From Bacteroidaceae bacterium (GTDB lineage: Bacteria > Bacillota_I > Bacilli_A > RF39 > UBA660), in NCBI GenBank assembly GCA_963616135.1, contig CAVEJT010000001.1, positions 4,949 to 68,948 of the forward strand: 64,000 nucleotides of DNA, given 5' to 3'. Within the stretch, counting starts at the first letter, position 1. Each line of letters begins with the position of its first letter. A program made the translations under genes and the position numbers. Positions 27,798-37,853 of this stretch are shown here, piece after piece. The notes beneath the pieces were generated by a model. The model worked only from the letters and a program-made list of their open reading frames with translations, was not told where the DNA came from and searched no databases.

Positions 27798-27865
27798 TAT
27801 ATAGGACTGCATAATATACACAAGTTTGGGTGATTATCATAAAATATAGTAGTCTTGGAGGTAAT

Positions 27866-29119
27866 ATGAAACAAATACGAGTAACAGGAGGAAATATATT
27901 AGAAGGTAAAATAAGAATTAGTGGAGCCAAAAATAGCGCAGTTGCTTTAATTCCAGCATCTATTTTATCTGATGATATTGTAAATATAGATAATATACCA
28001 AATATTTCTGATATAGAAGCATTAAAAGAAATATTAGATTATTTGGGAGCAAAAATAGAATTAAAAAATGGAACGATTAAAATAGATCCAAAATCAATAG
28101 TAAATAAAGAAATTCCAGAACGTGTTTCTAGTAAACTTAGAGCTTCTTATTATTTTATGTCGGCTTTATTAGGTAAATATAAGCATGTAGAAATGTATTT
28201 TCCAGGTGGATGTAAAATAGGAGCAAGACCAATAGATCAAACTTTAAAAGGATTTAAAGCACTAGGTGCGACTGTTAAAGAAGAAGGTAATAAATTTACA
28301 ATAGATGCCGAAGAACTAGTTGGTGGACACGTGTATTTAGATATGCCAAGTGTAGGTGCTACTATAAATACTATGTTAGTTGCGGTGAAAGCCAATGGTC
28401 TTACCATTATTGAAAATGCGGCAAAAGAACCTGAAATAGTAAATGTAGCAACTTTTTTAAATAATATGGGCGCTAAAATAACAGGTGCTGGAACTAGTGA
28501 AATAAGAATAAAAGGAGTAGAAAATTTAAAGGGATGTTTTACTGAAGTAATTCCAGATAGAATAGAAGCTGGAACTTATATAATAGCTGGAGCTTTACTT
28601 GGTAAAGATTTAAAAATAGAGAATATAATACCAGAACATGTTGAATCATTAGTGCTTAAACTAAAAGAAATGGGTGTTGATTTAAAATTAGGCAAAGATT
28701 ATATAATTATTAATAAATGTGAAAATCCTCATCATGTAAATTTAAAAACTTTAGGTTATCCTGGATTTCCAACAGATTTGCAACAACCAATAACTACATT
28801 ATTAACACAATGTAATGGAACATCTAATTTAGAAGAAACAATATATGAAAATAGATTTCAAAATGTTCCATATTTACAAGAAATGGGAGCAGATATAGAA
28901 ATCCAAGGTAGAAAAATAAAAATAAAAGGTCCTACAAAATTAGTTGGAAAAACAGTTGTAGCAACCGATTTAAGAGCAGGAGCTTGTTTAGTTCTTGCTG
29001 CGCTTGTCGCAACCGGTGAAACTGTTATAAAAGATGTTGACCATGTCCTTAGAGGTTATGAAAATATAATAGATAAACTTGATAGTGTAGGTGCTAAAAT
29101 ATCATTAGAAGAAATATAA
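27866..29119 (+). CDS. murA: UDP-N-acetylglucosamine 1-carboxyvinyltransferase
   Basis: MKQIRVTGGNILEGKIRISGAKNSAVALIPA, active-site loop FPGGCKIGARPID, GYPGFPTDLQQP. ATG 27866 follows GGAGG. Confidence 0.95.
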   Translation: MKQIRVTGGNILEGKIRISGAKNSAVALIPASILSDDIVNIDNIPNISDIEALKEILDYLGAKIELKNGTIKIDPKSIVNKEIPERVSSKLRASYYFMSALLGKYKHVEMYFPGGCKIGARPIDQTLKGFKALGATVKEEGNKFTIDAEELVGGHVYLDMPSVGATINTMLVAVKANGLTIIENAAKEPEIVNVATFLNNMGAKITGAGTSEIRIKGVENLKGCFTEVIPDRIEAGTYIIAGALLGKDLKIENIIPEHVESLVLKLKEMGVDLKLGKDYIIINKCENPHHVNLKTLGYPGFPTDLQQPITTLLTQCNGTSNLEETIYENRFQNVPYLQEMGADIEIQGRKIKIKGPTKLVGKTVVATDLRAGACLVLAALVATGETVIKDVDHVLRGYENIIDKLDSVGAKISLEEI

Positions 29120-29121
29120 TT

Positions 29122-29144
29122 AAGTAGCTAAGCTACTTTTTTTG
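29122..29144 (+). terminator. Rho-independent terminator after murA
   Basis: AAGTAGC (29122-29128) / GCTACTT (29132-29138), then a T-run. Confidence 0.55.
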
Positions 29145-29154
29145 TGGAGGAATT

Positions 29155-29802
29155 ATGAAAAAAATAATTTTTGTAACAATAGTTTTTATAATTACTTTTT
29201 TAATATACTATCTTAATATAGATAAAGATATATATTATGTTTCATTAGGTGATCAATTATCTCAAGGTGTGAATAATTACAATAAAATAGAATACAACTA
29301 TAATACAGGAATAAAAGATTCATTAGGTAGTAAATTAAAAAAATATGTAAATTATTCAATTCTAGAAGATTATAGAGTAAATGATTTAATAAATGATATA
29401 AATTATAATAAAACCATAAATTATAATAATAAAGAGTATAAATTACAAAACTTAATAATAAAATCAAATTATATAGTAATATCTATTGGTATGAATGATT
29501 TAATATATACAAAAAATTTAAATTATAATTATGTTGATTCACTTCTTTTAGATATAGAAAAATTAATTATATTACTTAGAAAATATAATAAAGATAAAAT
29601 ATACTTTTTAAGTTTTTATAATATAATAAATAATAAAGAATTAATAGAATATGCAAATAAAAAATTATTAAATATATGTAGGGATAATAAAATTAACTAT
29701 ATTGATATAGGTGATTTAGATAAATATATAATAAATGGTATATATCCTACAATTGATGGATATTATTATATAACAGATAAGATAATAAACTTTACTAAAT
29801 AA
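29155..29802 (+). CDS. Membrane-anchored SGNH/GDSL-like hydrolase
   Basis: N-terminal TM segment, block I YVSLGDQLSQG (GDS-type), block III ISIGMNDL. Confidence 0.55.
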   Translation: MKKIIFVTIVFIITFLIYYLNIDKDIYYVSLGDQLSQGVNNYNKIEYNYNTGIKDSLGSKLKKYVNYSILEDYRVNDLINDINYNKTINYNNKEYKLQNLIIKSNYIVISIGMNDLIYTKNLNYNYVDSLLLDIEKLIILLRKYNKDKIYFLSFYNIINNKELIEYANKKLLNICRDNKINYIDIGDLDKYIINGIYPTIDGYYYITDKIINFTK

Positions 29803-29835
29803 AAAAAATATTGTATAATTAAAGTGGGTGATAAA

Positions 29836-30483
29836 ATGATAGAGAATAATAAAATATTTTCAAAAATCTTTATGTGGATGTTTATAGGTTTAGCTATAAC
29901 ATTTGGAGTAGGAGCATATGTTTCTATGAATGAAAATATGTTATATAATGTATTTTCAAAATTCTATGTTGTTCTTATAGTAGCGGAGTTAGTAGTAGTA
30001 ATATGGTTAAGTGCTAGAATAAGAAAAATGAGTCCAATGTCTGCAAAAATAATGTTTTGCTTATATTCATTTTTAACAGGACTTACATTTTCATCAATAT
30101 TTGTTTTATATGAATTAACATCTATTATATATGTATTTGGTATAACATCATTAATATTTTTAATATTCGCACTTATAGGTTATTATACAAACATAGATTT
30201 AACTAAATTTGGAATATATTTATTTATGATTTTGCTTGGCATAATAATATGTAGTTTAATTAATATATTTGTTGGAAGTGAATCATTTGATTTAGTTTTA
30301 ACTATTGTATGTTTAATAGTATTTATTTGTTATATAGCATACGATATCCAAGTAATTAAGAGAAATTTATATTCAATAGAAAATGAAGATAATTTAGCTA
30401 TATATGGAGCTTTACAATTATATTTAGACTTTATTAATATATTCTTAAAACTACTAAGATTATTTGGAAAAAATAATGATTAA
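29836..30483 (+). CDS. BAX inhibitor-1/YccA family membrane protein
   Basis: 7 TM segments. FMWMFIGLAITFGV, YIAYDIQVIKR, GALQLYLDFINIFLKLLRLFG. Confidence 0.8.
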   Translation: MIENNKIFSKIFMWMFIGLAITFGVGAYVSMNENMLYNVFSKFYVVLIVAELVVVIWLSARIRKMSPMSAKIMFCLYSFLTGLTFSSIFVLYELTSIIYVFGITSLIFLIFALIGYYTNIDLTKFGIYLFMILLGIIICSLINIFVGSESFDLVLTIVCLIVFICYIAYDIQVIKRNLYSIENEDNLAIYGALQLYLDFINIFLKLLRLFGKNND

Positions 30484-30602
30484 ATAGTCGTTTGACTATT
30501 TTTCTTTATAAAGTACTTGCAATTATTTAAATTATTTGATAAACTATGTAGGTAATTAAATTTCTATGGCATGAATTTGCCATGGCGGGAGGAGAGTAAA
30601 AA

Positions 30603-30815
30603 ATGAAAAAGACAAATACTGAATATGTTGACACTAAAGTAAATTGTGCATGTGGTAATACTTTTACAGTTAAATCAACTAAGAAAGATTTACATTTAGA
30701 AGTTTGTAATGAATGTCATCCATTTTATAAAGGTGGAAATGGTGTTCAAATTTCTAAAACAGGACGTGTAGAGAAGTTCAATCGTAAATATGGATTTACA
30801 AAAGAAGAAAAATAA
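30603..30815 (+). CDS. rpmE: 50S ribosomal protein L31 (Zn-ribbon type A)
   Basis: VNCACGNTF...VCNECHPFYKG...GRVEKFNRKYG. Confidence 0.93.
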   Translation: MKKTNTEYVDTKVNCACGNTFTVKSTKKDLHLEVCNECHPFYKGGNGVQISKTGRVEKFNRKYGFTKEEK

Positions 30816-30878
30816 CCTTCTTTTTTTCTTGAAAAAATATATTGTTTGTGTTAGTATATTTTAGCAGGGAGAGATAAT

Positions 30879-31337
30879 ATGAATGAAAAGATATATAGAA
30901 GATTAGAAAATAAAGTTGATAAATTAGAAGTAAAATATCAAAAAAATATCAATAGAGGTACAGAAAAAGCTTATTATTTAATGTGGAAATCAATAATAAA
31001 AAAAATTAATTATAAAAAAATGTTTCAATCAAAAGATGGTTTAATTACTAAAGTATATTTCGTTGTTAAACCTAAAGGAAAAACAATGTTATTAAATGAA
31101 TTAGTTGTAAATAATATACAAAAGAATATTTTTGATATACAAATTGATCCAAATAAATTAAAAGAACTTTTTGCCGAAGATAATTTTAACTTAGAAGAAA
31201 AACTAGAAACAATAGATGGTAGTGTGAAAGAAATAAGATTTTCTTTTGAATGTACAGTAGAAAATATAATAAATTTATTAAAATGTGGTGAACAAGAATA
31301 TTCAAATAAAATTAAACAAAAAAGCAAGAAAAGGTAA
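30879..31337 (+). CDS. Hypothetical Lys-rich protein
   Basis: 152-aa ORF with SD GGGAGAG. No motif recognised. Hairpin plus T-run follows at 31330-31356. Confidence 0.4.
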   Translation: MNEKIYRRLENKVDKLEVKYQKNINRGTEKAYYLMWKSIIKKINYKKMFQSKDGLITKVYFVVKPKGKTMLLNELVVNNIQKNIFDIQIDPNKLKELFAEDNFNLEEKLETIDGSVKEIRFSFECTVENIINLLKCGEQEYSNKIKQKSKKR

Positions 31338-31400
31338 ATAAAAATACCTTTTTTTGTATATAAATATAGATATTTGTAATAATAATATTAGGTGACTAGT

Positions 31401-32123
31401 ATGAGTATTGATTGGAAAGAATTATTAGATGTAACAGTAAGAGCAATTTCATCGTTAGTAACTTTATTCTTAATTACAAAAATGTTAGGTAAGAAGCAAG
31501 TCTCACAATTGTCTCTTTTTGATTATGTAATAGGTATATCAATAGGTAATTTTGCAGCAGAAATGACTATAAATTTAGAATCAAATGAATTAAATGGAAT
31601 TTGGGCTGTAGTACTTTTTGGACTTTTTGCATATTTAGTTTCATATTTAACTATGAAGAGCATAGTGCTTAGAAGATTTTTTATGGGAACACCAACTGTT
31701 ATAATTCAGGATGGTAAAATATTAGAAAAAAGTTTAAAAAAAGTTAAATTTGATATAAATGATATGATGGAAGAGATTAGGAGTAATGGATATTTTGATT
31801 TATCACAGGTAGAATATGCTCTTATGGAGGCAAACGGTAAACTTAGTATATTACCCAAACCAGAATATAGACCTATAACTCCAAAGGATATGAATATAAA
31901 GGTAAATAGTGAAGGATTGTGCGCTAATATAGTTATTGATTCTAAAATAATGCATAACAATTTAAAAAATATGAATAAAGATTTAAAGTGGTTAGATAAA
32001 AAATTAAGAGAAAAAGGATACACTGATTTATCTAAAATATTACTTGTAACATTAGATACAAATGAAAAAATTACAGTATATGAAAGAAATAAAAATATAA
32101 AATCAAAAGATGTTTTAGAATAA
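31401..32123 (+). CDS. DUF421 (YetF/YdfS-like) membrane protein
   Basis: ITKMLGKKQVSQLSLFDYVIGISIGNFAAE and C-terminal LSILPK region. ATG 31401 follows AGGTGA. Confidence 0.75.
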   Translation: MSIDWKELLDVTVRAISSLVTLFLITKMLGKKQVSQLSLFDYVIGISIGNFAAEMTINLESNELNGIWAVVLFGLFAYLVSYLTMKSIVLRRFFMGTPTVIIQDGKILEKSLKKVKFDINDMMEEIRSNGYFDLSQVEYALMEANGKLSILPKPEYRPITPKDMNIKVNSEGLCANIVIDSKIMHNNLKNMNKDLKWLDKKLREKGYTDLSKILLVTLDTNEKITVYERNKNIKSKDVLE

Positions 32124-32212
32124 TTGTAAAAAAGTGTAAAAAAAATATATTATCTTTAAATAATAATGACATATCAAAATATATTTGATATATTTATCTA
32201 AAGGTGGTATAT

Positions 32213-32659
32213 ATGAAAAGACATTTTTGTGCATCAGCATTTATAATAGATCCATACACAAAAAAAATATTATTGATAAAGCATAAAAAAAATAGAAGAT
32301 GGACTCAACCTGGAGGACATATAGAGGGAAATGAAACTCCTGAAGAGGCTGCACTTAGAGAAGTATACGAAGAAACTGGTTTAAGAGTTAGATTACTTGG
32401 AGAAAGATTTCCAAGAGAAGATGACTTTATAAGACCCCTTGGAATTCAAAAAAATAGAAGAACAACAAGTGATGGAGAAACTCATATGCATATAGATATA
32501 ATATATGCGGCAGTACCAAATGATGATTCTAAGGAACAATTAAATAGAGAAGAAAGCGATGCTATCCGTTGGTTTTCACGTAATGAATTAGAAAATATAG
32601 ATTGTTTTCCTGATATAAAGATAACTATGGATTATATTTTGAGGAATATAATAAAATAA
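32213..32659 (+). CDS. NUDIX hydrolase
   Basis: Nudix box GGHIEGNETPEEAALREVYEETGL. ATG 32213 follows AGGTGG. Confidence 0.85.
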   Translation: MKRHFCASAFIIDPYTKKILLIKHKKNRRWTQPGGHIEGNETPEEAALREVYEETGLRVRLLGERFPREDDFIRPLGIQKNRRTTSDGETHMHIDIIYAAVPNDDSKEQLNREESDAIRWFSRNELENIDCFPDIKITMDYILRNIIK

Positions 32660-33375
32660 TGAAAAAGAAAAAAATAAATATAATACCTATAGTAACTACT
32701 ATAGCTCTTTTGCTATTTGTAAATTCTAATGAAGATGTAAAACATACTATAAAAAGAGTAATAAATCAGGAAAGTTACAATTCTTATAGTGTTGATAATA
32801 TACCAGAATATAACAAAGAACCTTATGTAGTATTAAATAATAATGAACCTGAATTTGATGACAAATATAAAATAGAAGATTCATTTGAAATATATAGTTC
32901 ATTAGATAAATTAGATAGAGCAGGTGTAGCATTTGCTAATGTTAGTTTGGATACAATGCCTGATACTAAAAGAGGTAGTATAGGTAATATTAAACCATCA
33001 GGATGGCATACAATAAAATATAATATTGTAGATGGAAAATACCTTTATAATAGATGTCATTTAATAGGTTATCAATTAACAGGAGAAAATGATAATCCTA
33101 AAAATTTAATAACTTGTACTCGTTATATGAATACAAAAGGTATGTTAGAATTTGAAAACAAAGTTGCTAAATATGTAAAAGAGACTAAAAATCATGTACT
33201 ATATAGAGCAACCCCAATTTATGTAGATGATAATTTACTTGCAAATGGGGTGCAACTAGAAGCTTACTCTATAGAAGATAATGGTGATGGCATTAAATTT
33301 AATGTATTTGTATATAATGTTCAAGATGGCATAGATATAGATTATAAAACTGGTAATAGTAAATTGAAAGGTTAA
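32659..33375 (+). CDS. Secreted or membrane-anchored DNA/RNA non-specific endonuclease (Endonuclease_NS_2-like)
   Basis: N-terminal signal/anchor KKKKINIIPIVTTIALLLF. Catalytic region YNRCHLIGYQLTGENDNPKNLITCTRYMN. Start overlaps the NUDIX stop (TAATG). Confidence 0.7.
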   Translation: MKKKKINIIPIVTTIALLLFVNSNEDVKHTIKRVINQESYNSYSVDNIPEYNKEPYVVLNNNEPEFDDKYKIEDSFEIYSSLDKLDRAGVAFANVSLDTMPDTKRGSIGNIKPSGWHTIKYNIVDGKYLYNRCHLIGYQLTGENDNPKNLITCTRYMNTKGMLEFENKVAKYVKETKNHVLYRATPIYVDDNLLANGVQLEAYSIEDNGDGIKFNVFVYNVQDGIDIDYKTGNSKLKG

Positions 33376-33376
33376 A

Positions 33377-34093
33377 ATGAAAGATAATTTAAAGATATTA
33401 GACAATATAATGAATTCATACAAATTAAATAACATTGAAAAAAAAGAATTATTATCTATGATAATTAATATTTTTGAACATGAAGAGTTTCAAAAAAGAA
33501 TGACAGATAAGTTTTTGCACCATAGTAATATTACATTGGGTTATCATATATTACAGACAACTACTATAACATATATATTATGTAAAAAAGCATTAAAAAA
33601 TAAAAAGGATATAGATATAAATTTAGCTCTAAATATAGCCATGATGCATGACTTATATACGGTACAGTGGAGAAAAAATAAAATAGGTAAGGCTAAAAAA
33701 TTCTCTAATCTACATGGGTTTAGACATCCTATAGAAAGTGTAGTTAATTCATTTAATTGGTATCCTGATCTATTTAGAAATAATGAGAAAAGTTATGAAC
33801 TTATAGATGGTATAATTCATCATATGTATCCACTACCAGTTAGAAGAATTGATAATAGTATATATAATGAATTAGAATTAAAAAACTTTGCACTATTAAA
33901 AAATATAGATAGAAAATATATTGATGAAATGATTAAATCTTGTTATAGAGGAAAGATTGGTTTATACTCATTTGCTATGCCATATTCCATAGAAGGTAAA
34001 ATAGTATCAAGTGCTGATAAAAGAGCAACATTTAATAACTATAATGGTATAGCCAATAAAATAAAGAAAATAGAAAGAGGAAAATATGAATAA
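33377..34093 (+). CDS. HD-domain phosphohydrolase-like protein
   Basis: FLHHSNITLGYH ... AMMHDLY ... IIHHMYP (His / HD / His pattern). Confidence 0.55.
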   Translation: MKDNLKILDNIMNSYKLNNIEKKELLSMIINIFEHEEFQKRMTDKFLHHSNITLGYHILQTTTITYILCKKALKNKKDIDINLALNIAMMHDLYTVQWRKNKIGKAKKFSNLHGFRHPIESVVNSFNWYPDLFRNNEKSYELIDGIIHHMYPLPVRRIDNSIYNELELKNFALLKNIDRKYIDEMIKSCYRGKIGLYSFAMPYSIEGKIVSSADKRATFNNYNGIANKIKKIERGKYE

Positions 34094-34556
34094 AATATTA
34101 ATTAGTTATTTTTCAGCAAGTGGTGTAACAAAATCTGTAGCAAGCAAAATATCCGCTACACTAAATGGGGATTTATTTGAAATAGTTCCTCAAGAAAAAT
34201 ATAGTGATGAGGATTTAGATTGGCATAATAGTAATAGTAGATCATCTGTTGAGATGAATAATGATACAATAAGACCTAAAATATTGAATAAAATTGATAA
34301 TATTTTTGATTATGATACAGTCTTAATAGGTTTTCCTATATGGTGGGATTTGCCACCTAGAATTATAAATACGTTTATAGAAGAGAATAATTTAACAAAC
34401 AAAAAAGTATATGTTTTTGCAACCTCTGGTGGAAGTACTATAAGTAATAGTTTTAATTATTTAAAACATACTTACCCCAATATCAATTTTATAGATGGTA
34501 AATTATTATCAATTTATAATGTAGATGAAAATATAAAAGAGTTATTAAGTAAATAA
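34086..34556 (+). CDS. Flavodoxin-like protein
   Basis: ILISYFSASGVTK (FMN phosphate loop), IGFPIWWDLPP, VFATSGGS. Overlaps the previous gene by 8 nt. Confidence 0.75.
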   Translation: MNKILISYFSASGVTKSVASKISATLNGDLFEIVPQEKYSDEDLDWHNSNSRSSVEMNNDTIRPKILNKIDNIFDYDTVLIGFPIWWDLPPRIINTFIEENNLTNKKVYVFATSGGSTISNSFNYLKHTYPNINFIDGKLLSIYNVDENIKELLSK

Positions 34557-34633
34557 AAAACAAATTAAAAATAATTTGCTTTTTTTAAATATTGTGTTAT
34601 AATTGTATGGTGTTTTGAAGGAAGTGTATAAAA

Positions 34634-36448
34634 ATGAGTAAAAGAAATGTAGCAATTATTGCCCATGTAGACCATGGTAAGACAACTTTGGTAGATAAAT
34701 TATTACAAGCAAGTGGAACTTTTAGAGCAAATGAAGAAGTACAAGAAAGAGTAATGGATTCTAATGATATTGAAAGAGAAAGAGGAATTACTATACTTGC
34801 TAAACCAACATCTATCGAATATAAAGGATGTCATATAAATATACTTGATACACCAGGACATGCAGATTTTGGTGGAGAAGTAGAACGTATTATGAACATG
34901 GTTGATGGTGTACTTTTAGTAGTAGATGCATATGAAGGAACTATGCCTCAAACAAGATTCGTATTAAAAAAAGCAATAGAAGCTGGAGTAAAACCAATAG
35001 TAGTAGTAAATAAGATAGACAAAGAATCTGCAAGACCAAAAGAAGTAATAGATGAAGTAATGGATTTATTTATAGAATTAGGTGCGGATATAGATGATTT
35101 AGATTTCCCAATAGTTTATGTATCAGCTTTGAACGGAACATCAAGTTATTCTCCAGATTTATCAACTCAAGAACCTGATATGACAAAAGTTTTAGATCTT
35201 ATTGTAGAAAATATTCCTGAGGCTTCTAAAGATGTAGAAGGTGGATTACAATTTCAACCAGCTTTACTTGATTATAATGACTTTGTAGGACGTATTGGTG
35301 TAGGACTTGTAAAAAGAGGAAAAGTTAAAACTGGTGAAATGGTTAGTTGCATGAGGGTAGATGGATCAGTAAAACAATTTAGAATTGCAAAAATATTTGG
35401 ATATGTTGGATTAAAAAGAGTAGAAGTTAGTAGTGCAGAAGCAGGGGATATAGTTGCAATCGCAGGATTACCAGATATATCTGTTGGTGAAACTATTTGT
35501 ACAGTAGGGCAAGAAGAGGCACTTCCATTATTACGTATTGATGAGCCAACTTTACAAATGACATTTGGTGTAAACACTTCTCCATTTTGTGGTAGAGAAG
35601 GTAAGATAGTAACTGCACGTAAAATTCAAGAAAGATTACTAAAAGAAACCGAAAGAGATGTTTCTCTAAAAGTAACACCAGTTCCAGATAATTCAGAAGC
35701 TTTTGTAGTATCAGGACGTGGTGAATTACATCTTTCAATATTAATTGAGAATATGAGAAGAGAAGGTTTTGAGCTTCAAGTATCTAAGCCAGCTATTATA
35801 AAAAAAGAAATAGATGGAGTATTATGTGAACCATTTGAAGAAGTACAAGTGGATGTTCCTGATGAATATGTAGGATCTGTAATAGAAGCGCTTGGAAATA
35901 GAGAAGGATCTATGCAAAATATGGCTAATGAGAATGGTCAAACAAGACTACATTATTTAGTACCAACAAGAGGATTGATTGGTTTCATGACAGAATTTAT
36001 GACTATGACAAAAGGTTATGGAATAATAAATCATACATTTGATTCGTATAAACCTTTAGCAGGTAATAATGTAGGAACAAGAAAAACAGGAGTTTTAGTT
36101 TCAATTGAAAATGGAAAATCAACAGCATACGCTTTAGGACAATTAGAAGATAGAGGAGTTATGTTTATTGAACCTGGAACAGAGGTTTATGAAGGAATGA
36201 TAGTTGGAGAAAACAATCATGATAATGACTTAGCTGTCAATGTAGTTAAAGGTAAGAACTTAACTAATACACGTTCTTCTAGTAAAGATCATACAGTTGT
36301 ATTAAAAAGACCTAAAATAATGAGTTTGGAAGTTTGTCTAGATTATATTAATGAAGATGAACTTGTAGAAGTAACACCTGTTGGTTATAGAATGAGAAAA
36401 AAAATACTTAATACAGAACTTAGAAAAAAACAAGATGCTAGAAAATAG
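34634..36448 (+). CDS. typA: Translational GTPase TypA/BipA
   Basis: [36 protein letters not shown], 604 aa. Confidence 0.95.
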   Translation: MSKRNVAIIAHVDHGKTTLVDKLLQASGTFRANEEVQERVMDSNDIERERGITILAKPTSIEYKGCHINILDTPGHADFGGEVERIMNMVDGVLLVVDAYEGTMPQTRFVLKKAIEAGVKPIVVVNKIDKESARPKEVIDEVMDLFIELGADIDDLDFPIVYVSALNGTSSYSPDLSTQEPDMTKVLDLIVENIPEASKDVEGGLQFQPALLDYNDFVGRIGVGLVKRGKVKTGEMVSCMRVDGSVKQFRIAKIFGYVGLKRVEVSSAEAGDIVAIAGLPDISVGETICTVGQEEALPLLRIDEPTLQMTFGVNTSPFCGREGKIVTARKIQERLLKETERDVSLKVTPVPDNSEAFVVSGRGELHLSILIENMRREGFELQVSKPAIIKKEIDGVLCEPFEEVQVDVPDEYVGSVIEALGNREGSMQNMANENGQTRLHYLVPTRGLIGFMTEFMTMTKGYGIINHTFDSYKPLAGNNVGTRKTGVLVSIENGKSTAYALGQLEDRGVMFIEPGTEVYEGMIVGENNHDNDLAVNVVKGKNLTNTRSSSKDHTVVLKRPKIMSLEVCLDYINEDELVEVTPVGYRMRKKILNTELRKKQDARK

Positions 36449-36473
36449 TATCTTGTTTTAATAATAAAAACGA

Positions 36474-36713
36474 CTATTTGTCGTTTTCTCTTTCAAAAAA
36501 ATCTCTAATATCACAATCAAGTACATTAGCAATATTTTCTAATGTATCAATCGAGATAGTTTGATGAGTAACTGATTCAAGCTTAGCTATAAAACTATCA
36601 CTTAAGTACAAAGCCTCAGCCAATTCTCTTTGTTTCAATCCCTTCTTCATTCTATACTTTTTAATATTTTTGCCGATAACATTATATATATCGGACTTTT
36701 TCTTTACTGCCAT
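36474..36713 (-). CDS. XRE-family HTH transcriptional regulator
   Basis: 79 aa. IKKYRMKKGLKQRELAEALYLSDSFIAKLE. Confidence 0.8.
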   Translation of the reverse strand: MAVKKKSDIYNVIGKNIKKYRMKKGLKQRELAEALYLSDSFIAKLESVTHQTISIDTLENIANVLDCDIRDFFERENDK

Positions 36714-36769
36714 ATTATCACCAACTTAATTTTCTCACAGTTTAATAAAATTTTTTATAGATAGTCAAT

Positions 36770-37744
36770 CTATGAATTTAGTAAAATGGTAATTATTTCC
36801 TTATTTGATATATTTAAGTTATTTAATAATTTAGGATACATGCTGATTTCTGTAAAACCAGGAATAGTATTAATTTCATTAAAATATAACTTATTATTAT
36901 CTACATCATATAACCAGTCAACCCTACTCATATCTTTACAATTCAAAATATTAAATATAGCTAAGGAATACTTTTTTATGCTTTCTTTTATACTTTCATC
37001 AATACTAGAAACTATTGTATCTGTTTTATCTTTATATTTTGAATTATAATCATACCATTGTTTTTGATTTATAATTTCTCCTATATCAGATATAGTTTGT
37101 TTTTTACCCTTTTCCAAAATAGAACACTCTAATTCTCTTTTGTTCTGAATAAACTTTTCTATTAATACACTTGAATCATACTTTAAAGCATTTTTAATAG
37201 CTTTATTAAGTTCTTGTTTTTTATGTGCAATACTTATACCTATAGACGATCCACATTTACAAGGTTTAACAATTACAGGGTATTCAATATTTTTCAAATT
37301 AAGATTAGAATTATAAATTAAATATGGTACTTGTGGTATTCCAAATTTTTCTAGTACTAATTTAGTTAATAATTTATCGTAACATATAATACTAGAATAA
37401 GCATCGCACCCGACATATTTAATATCAAATAATTCAAATATGCTAGCATACTTTCCATCTTCACCACTAAACCCATGTATCATAGGAAATACAATATCAA
37501 ATTGTTTACTGTATTCAATAATATTATTAATCATTTTTGGATTTTTATTCATCCATTTAGTATCAATATTATTAATATCTTGAATTTCATACCAATTATT
37601 ATCAAAATCTATTCCAACAACTTTAAATTTAAATAAATTAGTATCAATATTATTTATAATAAAATTTACTGAATTACAGGATATTTCGTGTTCATATGAA
37701 TTTCCACCAAATAAAATTAAAACATTCTTCAAAAAATCACCCAT
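36770..37744 (-). CDS. ddl: D-alanine--D-alanine ligase
   Basis: VLILFGGNSYEHEISCNS, ATP-grasp region PVIVKPCKCGSSIGIS, NEINTIPGFT. Confidence 0.9.
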   Translation of the reverse strand: MGDFLKNVLILFGGNSYEHEISCNSVNFIINNIDTNLFKFKVVGIDFDNNWYEIQDINNIDTKWMNKNPKMINNIIEYSKQFDIVFPMIHGFSGEDGKYASIFELFDIKYVGCDAYSSIICYDKLLTKLVLEKFGIPQVPYLIYNSNLNLKNIEYPVIVKPCKCGSSIGISIAHKKQELNKAIKNALKYDSSVLIEKFIQNKRELECSILEKGKKQTISDIGEIINQKQWYDYNSKYKDKTDTIVSSIDESIKESIKKYSLAIFNILNCKDMSRVDWLYDVDNNKLYFNEINTIPGFTEISMYPKLLNNLNISNKEIITILLNS

Positions 37745-37853
37745 TAAATTTTCTGAATTTAATTTTTAATTATATCAAAAGATCGATTTATTTATAATTT
37801 TGTGATAAACTATTTATATATAAATATAAAGAAAAATGAAAAAAGGTGAAATA

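Noticed and set aside
27442-27930. Track ORFs 27442-27642 (+) and 27739-27930 (-)
   Set aside because: The first is antisense to the P-loop pseudogene remnants. The second overlaps the murA promoter and start. Neither has an SD or motifs.
30541-30602. Hairpin ATGGCA-TGAATT-TGCCAT upstream of rpmE as a possible regulatory leader
   Set aside because: The stem is only 6 bp, no known L31 leader motif is recognised, and it cannot be distinguished from chance.
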